53,566 nt of DNA from Minisyncoccota bacterium (GTDB lineage: Bacteria; Patescibacteriota; Minisyncoccia; UBA6257; 2-01-FULL-56-20), in assembly GCA_035533375.1 (NCBI GenBank), contig DATLTV010000013.1, positions 1 through 53,566 of the forward strand, in the 5' to 3' direction. This document shows, piece after piece, positions 17,254-24,780 of this stretch. Position numbers and translations under genes: made by a program. The notes beneath the pieces are model-generated. The model was not told the origin of the DNA, did no database searches, and was given only the letters and a program-made list of their open reading frames with translations. Every line of letters begins with the position of its first letter. Position 1 is the stretch's first letter.

Positions 17254-17973
17254 TTACGATTTTAATTTTAATATCAAATCATTCACGAACCCGAAATTCG
17301 CAATGAGCGAGATATCCTGCGTGAAGACAAGCACGCCGATCGCGACGAGGATGGCGCCGAATACTTTGTTTACCCATTGGATTTTCACCATGTACCGATT
17401 AATGAACCGTGAGCTCTGCGCGACAAAAAGTCCGACAACAAGAAACGGGACCCCGAGACCGATTGCATAGGAAAGCAAAAGGTAAAATGCTTCGCCCGGC
17501 GCCGATGCCGCCAGCCCGAGGATGCCGCCAAGCACGGGGCCCACGCACGGTGTCCAGCCGGCGGCGAAAGCGAGTCCGAAGAGGAACGAGGTGAGATAGC
17601 GCGAGCGCACCCGCACCTTGAAATTCAGCTTATGATCGTATTCAAAAAATCCGATTTTTAAAAAACCCATGAGATAAAGCCCGAAAAAGATAACGATTGC
17701 CCCGCCGATGCGCGAAAGCCACGCCTGCACGGAATATGCCGCGTGTGCGAGAACACCGTTCAACAGCACGCCAAGGATCGCGAAAACGGACGAGAAACCG
17801 ATTACAAAGAACAGGCTCGCGAGAAAGATTGTGAGGCGCGACGGCTTCGGGCCACCCGACGACGATTCGCCCGCGAGATAGGCGAGAAATCCGGGGATTA
17901 TCGGAAGTATGCACGGCGAAAGGAACGAAACAATTCCGGCGAAGAAAGCGATGAGAAGCGGGAAGTCGCTCAT
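17254..17973 (-). CDS. ccdA: cytochrome c biogenesis / thiol-disulfide transporter CcdA (DsbD-beta family)
   Basis: Polytopic membrane protein with the two conserved Cys motifs FLSPCILPIIPGF and AAGWTPCVGPVLG. Confidence 0.9.
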   Translation of the reverse strand: MSDFPLLIAFFAGIVSFLSPCILPIIPGFLAYLAGESSSGGPKPSRLTIFLASLFFVIGFSSVFAILGVLLNGVLAHAAYSVQAWLSRIGGAIVIFFGLYLMGFLKIGFFEYDHKLNFKVRVRSRYLTSFLFGLAFAAGWTPCVGPVLGGILGLAASAPGEAFYLLLSYAIGLGVPFLVVGLFVAQSSRFINRYMVKIQWVNKVFGAILVAIGVLVFTQDISLIANFGFVNDLILKLKS

Positions 17974-17977
17974 AAAT

Positions 17978-18340
17978 CTATTTCTTAATTTTGGCGTACA
18001 TAAGCCCTGCGATCTTCGCGATGATCATGACATCGAGCGCGAGAATAAGCCATGGATCGCTTTGACGGGCGAATTCTCCGACGACGATTCCGAGGAGCAA
18101 GAAGCCCGATCCCGCAAGAAACGCCATTTGGTCCGCGGAAAGATTATGGAGGCGTTCACGCTCATCGGCAGGATTTTCGCGCCAGATGAAGATCGCAAAC
18201 ACTCCGAATAGCGCCGCCATTGCCGCAAGTATCGTCATGACGAGATAGGTCGGCATAAAAACACCCCAAGGATTCAGCACGACAAAGAGCAGTGCGAGTA
18301 GCACGACCGCGACCGTAAATTCTCCTAAAAAGTTTTTCAT
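17978..18340 (-). CDS. small membrane protein (4 predicted helices), downstream partner of the XRE regulator
   Basis: Hydrophobic 120-aa ORF. This HTH-plus-membrane-protein pairing is common. Confidence 0.65.
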   Translation of the reverse strand: MKNFLGEFTVAVVLLALLFVVLNPWGVFMPTYLVMTILAAMAALFGVFAIFIWRENPADERERLHNLSADQMAFLAGSGFLLLGIVVGEFARQSDPWLILALDVMIIAKIAGLMYAKIKK

Positions 18341-18352
18341 ATCCTTGATTTT

Positions 18353-18390
18353 TTTGTTACATTTTCCGCGATCGCAGAAAATGTAACAAA
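18353..18390. repeat. CGATCG-centred palindrome family, copy 4 (1 mismatch)
   Basis: TTTGTTACATTTTCCGCGATCGCAGAAAATGTAACAAA. It lies 9 nt after the XRE stop and 13 nt before the start of the 17978..18340 gene. Confidence 0.85.
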
Positions 18391-18398
18391 TACAATTT

Positions 18399-18602
18399 TT
18401 ATTTTAGCGAGAATATCTCTTCAAGAGGTTTTTTGAAGAACCGGGAGATTTTCAATGCGAGTAAAATCGACGGCGCATAATTTCCTTTTTCGATCGCGAT
18501 GATCGTCTGGCGCGTGATGCCGACTTTCCGCGCAAGCTCCTCCTGGGTCATCCCGAGCCGCTCACGCGCTTCATAGACGGTATTCAAGACCTTCTCGCTC
18601 AT
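18399..18602 (-). CDS. XRE-family helix-turn-helix transcriptional regulator (67 aa)
   Basis: LGMTQEELARKVGITRQTIIAIEKGNYAPSILLALKISRFF is a classic HTH_3 sequence. Confidence 0.9.
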   Translation of the reverse strand: MSEKVLNTVYEARERLGMTQEELARKVGITRQTIIAIEKGNYAPSILLALKISRFFKKPLEEIFSLK

Positions 18603-18753
18603 TATTTCATGCTACGCCGCAAAAAACAGATGTCAAGTGTGCTTTACATTGGCCGGGATGATTTTCGCGGTTGCCATGCGGGGCAAGTGCCTTGGTCGCT
18701 TTCGGCGGCTTATACTGCCCGTTCCGGGCCGTACCCGGAGGATGCTCGGACGG

Positions 18754-18804
18754 AAAAATGGCGTCAGGGACTTTTTCGCGAGAAAGGGTCCCGACGCCAT
18801 TTTT
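18754..18804. other. 51-nt extended hairpin with GCGA tetraloop, flanked by A-run and T-run
   Basis: AAAAATGGCGTC(A)GGGAC pairs with GTCCCGACGCCATTTTT. An inner TTTC/GAAA stem closes a GCGA loop. The element sits in a divergent spacer where no terminator is expected. Confidence 0.6.
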
Positions 18805-18837
18805 CTTCACCTGATTTTTCCCGCGATAGAAGTTTCC

Positions 18838-18866
18838 TTGACACTCACTCCGTGGCGAGCGATACT
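18838..18866 (+). promoter_or_regulatory. candidate sigma70-type promoter for the 18904 gene
   Basis: TTGACA (18838-18843), 17 nt, GATACT (18861-18866). Confidence 0.45.
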
Positions 18867-18903
18867 TTTTTCAGCGTTGGCCTTGAGATCGGGAGAGACG
18901 GCC

Positions 18904-19722
18904 ATGAAAAAAATAACGACAAATACAGCCCTGCTGTTTTTAGTATGTATGGTTCTGATCGAGTCCGGCGGCGCCAAGCGATCCAATATCTTGCGACGCG
19001 CAGTATTCACCTTCGAGAACAAAAATTGCCAAAAAACCAGGAGTTGTAGCCTGAAGCGGGTGAAGTATATTGTGGAAGATTATAAAGATGGCAACGCTTA
19101 TCGCACGCGGTTTTTTGCGCAATACGAGACCGATCGGGTAAGCGCCCTCAGGGATTATGTATTCGTGCAACTGCTCAGGGGGTGCGCGTATGCCACGGAG
19201 TTGGATATCAAGCCCGTTGTTCCCGGCGACGATGAATATGCCGAGGAGGAAATTCACCTCGGCGAGAGGGTGGCGTATCATTTCCGCCGATGGGCAATCG
19301 ATTCCGACTGGGCCGACCCCGTGTATTCTTCGGAAAAAGGCCAGTCATCGCGGCATTTTCTGAGTTATTGGAATGTGCTGCGCGGCTCCACGGCGCCGGA
19401 AACGCAAAGGTCTTATGCGCAAGGACCGCCTCCTTTTCCCGAACTCTATATTTACGATCGTCCGGGAAGCCCGGTTGGCGCAGCGGTGAAAGACGGTTTC
19501 GCCCATAACGTTTCACTGCAATTCAGGACATGCATTTACAAGACGCGCGATGTTCCGACAAAAACCGTTTCGGGAAATATCCGCTTCGCCGAACCGATCA
19601 GTTGCTACGACTGGGACAGTTCTTTTATTTATAACCGCGCCGCAAAAAAGTTCGAACGCCACGCGAAGATCTCTCCGGCTTGCGGACGGTTCGTCGAGGG
19701 ACCGCCGCCGCTCGGGCCCTAG
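18904..19722 (+). CDS. secreted hypothetical protein (272 aa, signal peptide)
   Basis: Trimmed to ATG 18904 (MKKITTNTALLFLVCMVLIESGGA...), preceded by GGGAGA. I do not recognise the family. Confidence 0.65.
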   Translation: MKKITTNTALLFLVCMVLIESGGAKRSNILRRAVFTFENKNCQKTRSCSLKRVKYIVEDYKDGNAYRTRFFAQYETDRVSALRDYVFVQLLRGCAYATELDIKPVVPGDDEYAEEEIHLGERVAYHFRRWAIDSDWADPVYSSEKGQSSRHFLSYWNVLRGSTAPETQRSYAQGPPPFPELYIYDRPGSPVGAAVKDGFAHNVSLQFRTCIYKTRDVPTKTVSGNIRFAEPISCYDWDSSFIYNRAAKKFERHAKISPACGRFVEGPPPLGP

Positions 19723-19753
19723 TTAGATATTGACGGATATTTTTATAGATACC

Positions 19754-19783
19754 AAAAACGATCGCCTAGGCGATCGTTTTTTT
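19754..19783. terminator. bidirectional terminator
   Basis: Perfect 28-nt palindrome AAAAACGATCGCCTAGGCGATCGTTTTT, between convergent genes. Confidence 0.65.
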
Positions 19784-19812
19784 GCGGGCACGGCATTGTC
19801 CGGCGGTGGATT

Positions 19813-20229
19813 CTACCGGGAATTTGCCGTCAGCCGCTCATACACTTCACCGGCCATCTTTTTGAACACCTGGCGCTTCTTCCAAAAGTGATTATGGTCG
19901 GAAAATTCCCGATTGCGGATTTTTTCGAGGTCGCGGATGGTTGCGTATCGTTCATGCCCGAGGTCATCGGTGTTCTTCGCGCTCACATCTTCAAGCCCCT
20001 GATAGATCTGGAGTAAAAAACCGTATTTGACTTCGATATTAAGCTCGCGATTGATCTTCGTGCGGTGCGAAAGGCCGCTTGAGAAGGCCCGGTTTGACTC
20101 GATGCACTCGATAAAATCGTGAATGGCCACGAAAAACCCGAAGCCCTCCGGCGATTGCAGGATTTTCTGGAACTTCTTCTCCAAATCCACCTTTTTCTTT
20201 TCGAGGGACTCCATAGCGATAGTAGACAA
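19813..20229 (-). CDS. hypothetical protein (138 aa)
   Basis: Clean ORF with helical, charged composition. I do not recognise the family. Confidence 0.55.
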   Translation of the reverse strand: MSTIAMESLEKKKVDLEKKFQKILQSPEGFGFFVAIHDFIECIESNRAFSSGLSHRTKINRELNIEVKYGFLLQIYQGLEDVSAKNTDDLGHERYATIRDLEKIRNREFSDHNHFWKKRQVFKKMAGEVYERLTANSR

Positions 20230-20255
20230 ATGATAGCACGAATGTTTTTAAATAG

Positions 20256-20277
20256 CCAGAACCCATCTCGGAAACTC
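20256..20277. repeat. solo copy of the terminal-repeat motif of the 24773-25045 element
   Basis: CCAGAACCCATCTCGGAAACTC compared with CCAGAACCCATCTCAGAAATACTC (reverse complement of 25022-25045 plus flank). The first 15 nt are identical. Confidence 0.6.
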
Positions 20278-20480
20278 TTTACTAGTAGCAACTTTTTGAT
20301 CGTCTCCCCGTTATCCCGAGCTAAGCGGGGGATCTCCGTGGAGATTCCTCGGCCAAACTTCTGTCTGTCGGAAAATGGCGTTGCGGGCGATGTTAAAATG
20401 TGCGTAATTGATTTTTTGCCGTTGCCATCGTATTCTGCACAGTAGGATCTGCTTTGAAACGGAAAACAGGGGAGCGGGTG

Positions 20481-21005
20481 ATGAGCATTCCAAAACGCGG
20501 CATGAATAGGAATGTCGATATGACGGACATTCTCGCATGTATCGCCCGCAGCAAAGATACGTTGCACACGAAAGTGATCAAGGCGGGCAAGGGGTGGAAT
20601 ATCCGAAAAGCTTCGCCGGGCAAGTCGGTGCATCAAACGCGGTTGCGGGCGGGAAAGTGGATTCCGGAACGTGATATACGAATTTTACATATACTCATCG
20701 CCGAGCAATCCGAGATCGCGCTTTACGTCGACATCGAGGTCAGCCTGAATCCGTGTATGTTGCGCGCCGATCGGGACGAACAACTCTTTCGCTACAAGTA
20801 TGCGGGCCCGGCGGTGCAATGGGACGCGCCGCTTCGGGCGCAATACGCCGGTTCGAACACGACGAACAGCGTTATCGATCTTGCGCCGGGAATCGTTGTC
20901 AAAAAAGGTACGCCCATTTACGTGCACCTCGACGTCATCAATTGGTCGCCTATCGGCATCAAGGGCATGCTGCAGGATGTAACACTGTATTTTCTCGAGG
21001 AATAG
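20481..21005 (+). CDS. hypothetical protein (174 aa)
   Basis: ATG 20481 has AGGGGAG 6 nt upstream (the track begins at TTG 20454). The C-terminal half is beta-rich. I do not recognise the family. Confidence 0.55.
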   Translation: MSIPKRGMNRNVDMTDILACIARSKDTLHTKVIKAGKGWNIRKASPGKSVHQTRLRAGKWIPERDIRILHILIAEQSEIALYVDIEVSLNPCMLRADRDEQLFRYKYAGPAVQWDAPLRAQYAGSNTTNSVIDLAPGIVVKKGTPIYVHLDVINWSPIGIKGMLQDVTLYFLEE

Positions 21006-21063
21006 ATCGCGGTCTTTCGCGATCAAACGGCGCAACTCTGCGGCGCGTATCCGAAAAAACAAG

Positions 21064-21090
21064 GTCCGGGTTTCAAGCCCCGGACTTTTT
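21064..21090 (+). terminator. intrinsic terminator
   Basis: GTCCGGG-8 nt-CCCGGAC followed by TTTTT. Confidence 0.55.
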
Positions 21091-21271
21091 GTTTCGCGCG
21101 CCAAAGGAGAGGATAAGAGATTTCAAAAGGAGGGTCGAGCCGGCGTACGAGCGCGAACCTGCCGGCGGACGATTTTCGAACGATGTTTATTCGGTCCGAT
21201 TTGACTCTCTGTGATGATCGATAGTATGCTCTATCCAGCGTTTCTATCCGAAATAGTAAAGGAGTAAAAGC

Positions 21272-21463
21272 ATGAGCGGATTGTCTCCGGTCGTAAGGAA
21301 ATCGCAAAAAATTCAGCGGGATTTGAATGCGGCGAGCAAAGCCCTTGTCAAAGCCGATAAGAGGGCCAAGAAAGCGGAAGCGCACAAACAGCGGATGCTC
21401 GAACGGCTCGAGTCGCGCCTGGAGGAAGCAACCCGCTTTTTGCGGACACGGCAAGCCCTCTAA
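21272..21463 (+). CDS. small coiled-coil protein (63 aa), hypothetical
   Basis: AAGGAG sits 7 nt upstream. The sequence is a Lys/Glu/Arg-rich helix and is followed by its own terminator. Confidence 0.55.
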   Translation: MSGLSPVVRKSQKIQRDLNAASKALVKADKRAKKAEAHKQRMLERLESRLEEATRFLRTRQAL

Positions 21464-21485
21464 CGAAATTCAAAAATCTATTATT

Positions 21486-21519
21486 GCCCGCCGCCATCCA
21501 GCATGGCAGGCGGGTTTTT
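21486..21519 (+). terminator. intrinsic terminator
   Basis: GCCCGCC...GGCAGGCGGG followed by TTTTTATTT. Confidence 0.55.
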
Positions 21520-21607
21520 ATTTATGTACCGGCGCGGACGATCTTCGAACGATTTTGACAGAGCAACCGTTTCCCTGTTATTGTTTCGGGTAGTTGAGGA
21601 GGATTTA

Positions 21608-21811
21608 ATGAAGGTCAGAATCGGATACGTTGATAGTCCCAATAAAAAAATTCTCGTGATCTGCGAACCGAAGTCGGCCGCCGAACGGCGCAAAATGGAA
21701 ATTTTGTTCGAAGCTACGAATATTGCGAGCATCTCCAGGCGACAAACACTTTTCGGCAATCTCAAGCTGGAAAGATTGTGCCTGCACTTACCGCTCCGAG
21801 AGAAAGCTTAA
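21608..21811 (+). CDS. hypothetical protein (67 aa)
   Basis: Internal ATG 21608 (MKVRIGYVDSPNKKILVICEP...) is preceded by GAGGAGGA. The longer track ORF lacks an RBS. Confidence 0.5.
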   Translation: MKVRIGYVDSPNKKILVICEPKSAAERRKMEILFEATNIASISRRQTLFGNLKLERLCLHLPLREKA

Positions 21812-21982
21812 GGCTATATAGGTAATCGATCCATTCGGTTGCCTATTATTGTGCGCAGGAGCGGGCGATCTCAAATGATACAAAAACACTTCCGGTAAAA
21901 TAATCCATATTTTCCAACCCTAGACAATTTAACCACGTCGGAATAACATACGAGGTAGCGAAATGATATTTCGGGATGAGTA

Positions 21983-22267
21983 ATGAAGGAGTCAACCGTG
22001 ACCGAACGAACGGCGACGAAAAGTAAGCCAATGATGGTCCATAAGACTCACGATTATGCTTTTTCTCTGGATCAAGACGAGGCCAAGAAATTCGAGGATT
22101 GGAAACGAAAGCACGACAAGTCCTGCCGATACGCCAAACGAGGAAGCTGTGGAGCCATCGGGGGACGTTTCGATTATTGTTTTGCTCCTACCTCGCTTGG
22201 GATCGTAGTGAAAGTCCAATGCGCATGCGGATCAGAAGTTGATTTGACCGACTACCAAAGTTGGTAA
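21983..22267 (+). CDS. small Cys-containing hypothetical protein
   Basis: The signature GAIGGRFDYCFAPTSLGIVVKVQCACGSEVDLTDYQSW recalls a widespread small protein family of unknown function (recollection only). The start may instead be GTG 21998, after AAGGAG. Confidence 0.55.
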   Translation: MKESTVTERTATKSKPMMVHKTHDYAFSLDQDEAKKFEDWKRKHDKSCRYAKRGSCGAIGGRFDYCFAPTSLGIVVKVQCACGSEVDLTDYQSW

Positions 22268-22288
22268 CCGAGCCAAGCTCGGTTTTTT
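22266..22288 (+). terminator. intrinsic terminator
   Basis: AACCGAGC-CAA-GCTCGGTT followed by TTTT. Confidence 0.6.
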
Positions 22289-22361
22289 CTTTGTGGTGCA
22301 CGGGAGAGAATTTGAGCAAATGAAATCCGGCCGTGTTTTTTTTGCGCCTAACGAGGTTTCG

Positions 22362-23432
22362 TCACGCCCCGACGACGCTCACCTGCTTCACGATGATCTG
22401 GCCCGTGCCCGGAGAGGGGGCGTGCACGACGAATCCGATACTGCCGCTTCCGGGACGGCTCATGCCGGAATATCCCGGGGCAATCGTGGCGCTCGAAATG
22501 CTTTGCCCGTTGAACGAGCAGCCGCCGTAGATGCCGTTCACGCTCATCGTAACCGCGAGGTTCGAGCCGCTGCCGTTCCAGGCGACGGGCGTCTCGGGCG
22601 ATAAGAATATTTCGCCGCCGTTCAAGTATTCCGCGAGCCGCATCGAGACCGTATCGGAAGCGGTTTTTATATATTCGCAAAGCACGTAGTTGCTTGCATC
22701 GTTATAATCGGCCATGAGACCGAATGTGTTTCCGCCAATCCAATCGAGCGCGGCATTCAGCGCGTAATTCGTCCAGTTCGAAACGTTTTTCAAATATACC
22801 GCTCCGCCCAGGCTTCCCGCGCCCGTCGAGAGATCCAGAGAGCCGGACCAGGTCGTGTGTACCGCGCCCCAGGTCGTTTGCCAATTCTGGTCTCCGCTGA
22901 AATTTGATTCGCGGTACGGCAGTGGAATGCCTCCGGCAACGGGCGTTTTTTGCGGCGTTTCCCGGGACAACGGCGGTGCCGCGGTCGCGGTCACGGTTAT
23001 CGTGGTCGTCGCGACGGGAATATTGCCGGGATCGGGGCGCCCGACCGGTGTGGATTCGGGATTTTGTTCCGGACTTGGGCCGGGAGCCGGCGGCGACACG
23101 GTCGCGGTTTCGTCCGGTGTCGGCGTTGATGTCGCCGCCTGTGTTTCCGGCGGGGAAGCGGAAGTATCGATCTGTGAGATTCCCGTCGAAACACCGGTCG
23201 CCGTTGTTGCACCCGTGCCATCGGAATTCGCAATCGCGCCGATGTCGGCCAATTGATTCGACTGGACCGGCTGGGCGCCGCTCGTGGAATATCGCGCGGA
23301 CAGATCCGCGGCAAGGCTGCCGACGGGCAGTGCCGGGCCGATGCCGCCCGTGGTTTCGATAAAAAATATAAAAAGCGCCGCGAGCCCCAAAAATCCTGCC
23401 ACGGCCCCGATCGCCACAAAGACCCTTTTCAT
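22362..23432 (-). CDS. membrane-anchored extracellular protein: Pro/Thr-rich linker plus C-terminal beta-sandwich (lectin/LamG-like?) domain
   Basis: N-terminal anchor MKRVFVAIGAVAGFLGLAALFIFF, a low-complexity ST/P linker, then about 190 aa rich in W/N/G/S. Confidence 0.65.
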   Translation of the reverse strand: MKRVFVAIGAVAGFLGLAALFIFFIETTGGIGPALPVGSLAADLSARYSTSGAQPVQSNQLADIGAIANSDGTGATTATGVSTGISQIDTSASPPETQAATSTPTPDETATVSPPAPGPSPEQNPESTPVGRPDPGNIPVATTTITVTATAAPPLSRETPQKTPVAGGIPLPYRESNFSGDQNWQTTWGAVHTTWSGSLDLSTGAGSLGGAVYLKNVSNWTNYALNAALDWIGGNTFGLMADYNDASNYVLCEYIKTASDTVSMRLAEYLNGGEIFLSPETPVAWNGSGSNLAVTMSVNGIYGGCSFNGQSISSATIAPGYSGMSRPGSGSIGFVVHAPSPGTGQIIVKQVSVVGA

Positions 23433-23788
23433 ACTTTTATGCTACCACATGCGGACGGCGGAGTTTTTCGCGTCCGAAAAATCCGAAAAAAATGACCGAT
23501 ATACAATCGGTCAAGGCATTGCCGCGGCTTGTTATTTGGCCGGTCGCGGCGTCGATCGCACTACGGATTTCACCGCATCGTTTTGGATTTTCTTTTTGCA
23601 CGGTTCGCACCAGCCTCCGGAGCTTGTCTGCGCCGTTCCACAGGTTAAACAAATTTTTTTCTGTTCTTCCCCTTTTTCCAATTCGATCCCCCCAATAAGA
23701 GATGAGATGTTTCGTAAGTATACTGCTTATGTCCGCCGAGTCAAGGGATTGCCAACCAGTCCGTATCGCTTTATGATAATACGTACAT

Positions 23789-24481
23789 ATGAAAGGGAAA
23801 TCAGTACGGCAGAAAGGCAATAAAACCGTTTTAATCGTGGTGGTTATTATTGTTGCCGCCGTGGCGCTCATTGCCGCCGCCGTTGTATTGAATCCGTCCG
23901 GTCCCAGTCCTGCCGCGCCTGCGTTCGTCGCTACAACCGCTCCCGCGATCACGACATCCGACTGGACCCAGGGCAACGCGAGTGCGAAAGCGACGCTTAT
24001 CGAGTACGGCGATTTCCAGTGCCCGGCATGCGGCGCGTGGTATCCGATCGTAAAACAGCTCTTTGCGAGCGAGAGCAGCAGCATCCTCTTCGTTTTCAGG
24101 AACTATCCACTGTATCAGATTCACCCGGATGCCGGGATTGCCGCGCAGGCTGCGGAGGCCGCCGGACTTCAGGGAAAATATTGGGGAATGTTCGATATGC
24201 TTTATGAGAACCAGAACACCTGGTCGACGGTTGATCCGGCCGCCGTTGTCGCGCAATATTTTAACGGTTACGCGTCTTCGCTCGGCCTCGACGTTTCGAA
24301 GTTCGACAGCGATATCAATTCCGATGGGGTGAAAAACAAGATTAAGAATGACGTCGATGGCGGGAATTCGGCGCAGATCGACCACACGCCGACATTCTTC
24401 GTGAACCTGAAGCAGATCAACCCTCAAAATCCCGGAGATCTGCAGAACGACATCACGCAGGCGCTCCAGGCTTCGCAATAG
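23789..24481 (+). CDS. DsbA-family thiol:disulfide oxidoreductase (membrane anchored)
   Basis: IEYGDFQCPACGAWYP (CPAC) and the HTPTFFVN cis-Pro loop region. Confidence 0.85.
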   Translation: MKGKSVRQKGNKTVLIVVVIIVAAVALIAAAVVLNPSGPSPAAPAFVATTAPAITTSDWTQGNASAKATLIEYGDFQCPACGAWYPIVKQLFASESSSILFVFRNYPLYQIHPDAGIAAQAAEAAGLQGKYWGMFDMLYENQNTWSTVDPAAVVAQYFNGYASSLGLDVSKFDSDINSDGVKNKIKNDVDGGNSAQIDHTPTFFVNLKQINPQNPGDLQNDITQALQASQ

Positions 24482-24500
24482 AATCCGTCTCAAAAAAAGT

Positions 24501-24533
24501 CGCCGTCCGGATTTGCCCGGACGGCGTTTTTTT
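24501..24533. terminator. bidirectional terminator
   Basis: CGCCGTCCGG-ATTTGC-CCGGACGGCG with an A-run before and TTTTTTT after. Confidence 0.6.
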
Positions 24534-24780
24534 ATTGATATGCCCGGAGTTTCTGCGAGAATATGTTCAGATTTTCCGAAAGCGCCGCTTCCGCTTCGGC
24601 CGAGGATGCGTTTTTGCCGTACTGCGTATTCCACAAGGCAATCGATGTTTTGAAGTCATTGAGATCGTGGTTCAGCGCGAGCGTGTTCACCGGCTTCGGG
24701 AGCATGGAGAAGACGGCGAGAAGGATGACGACCGTGATGCCGAGGCCGATCGAGAGAGATTTATAAAATATAGAACCCAT
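24532..24780 (-). CDS. small membrane-anchored protein (82 aa)
   Basis: Trimmed to ATG 24780 (MGSIFYKSLSIGLGITVVILLAVF...). The upstream part of the track ORF is encoded by the inverted-repeat element. Confidence 0.5.
   Translation of the reverse strand: MGSIFYKSLSIGLGITVVILLAVFSMLPKPVNTLALNHDLNDFKTSIALWNTQYGKNASSAEAEAALSENLNIFSQKLRAYQ

Noticed and set aside
18607-18810. 67-aa minus-strand ORF ending 4 nt before the XRE start; also a possible approximately 70-aa TTG-start ORF at 23437-23650
   Set aside because: The first ORF's N-terminus is encoded by the long hairpin and the rest is Pro/Gly-rich with no motif. The second has only a weak, distant purine-rich stretch upstream of its TTG start and no family resemblance.
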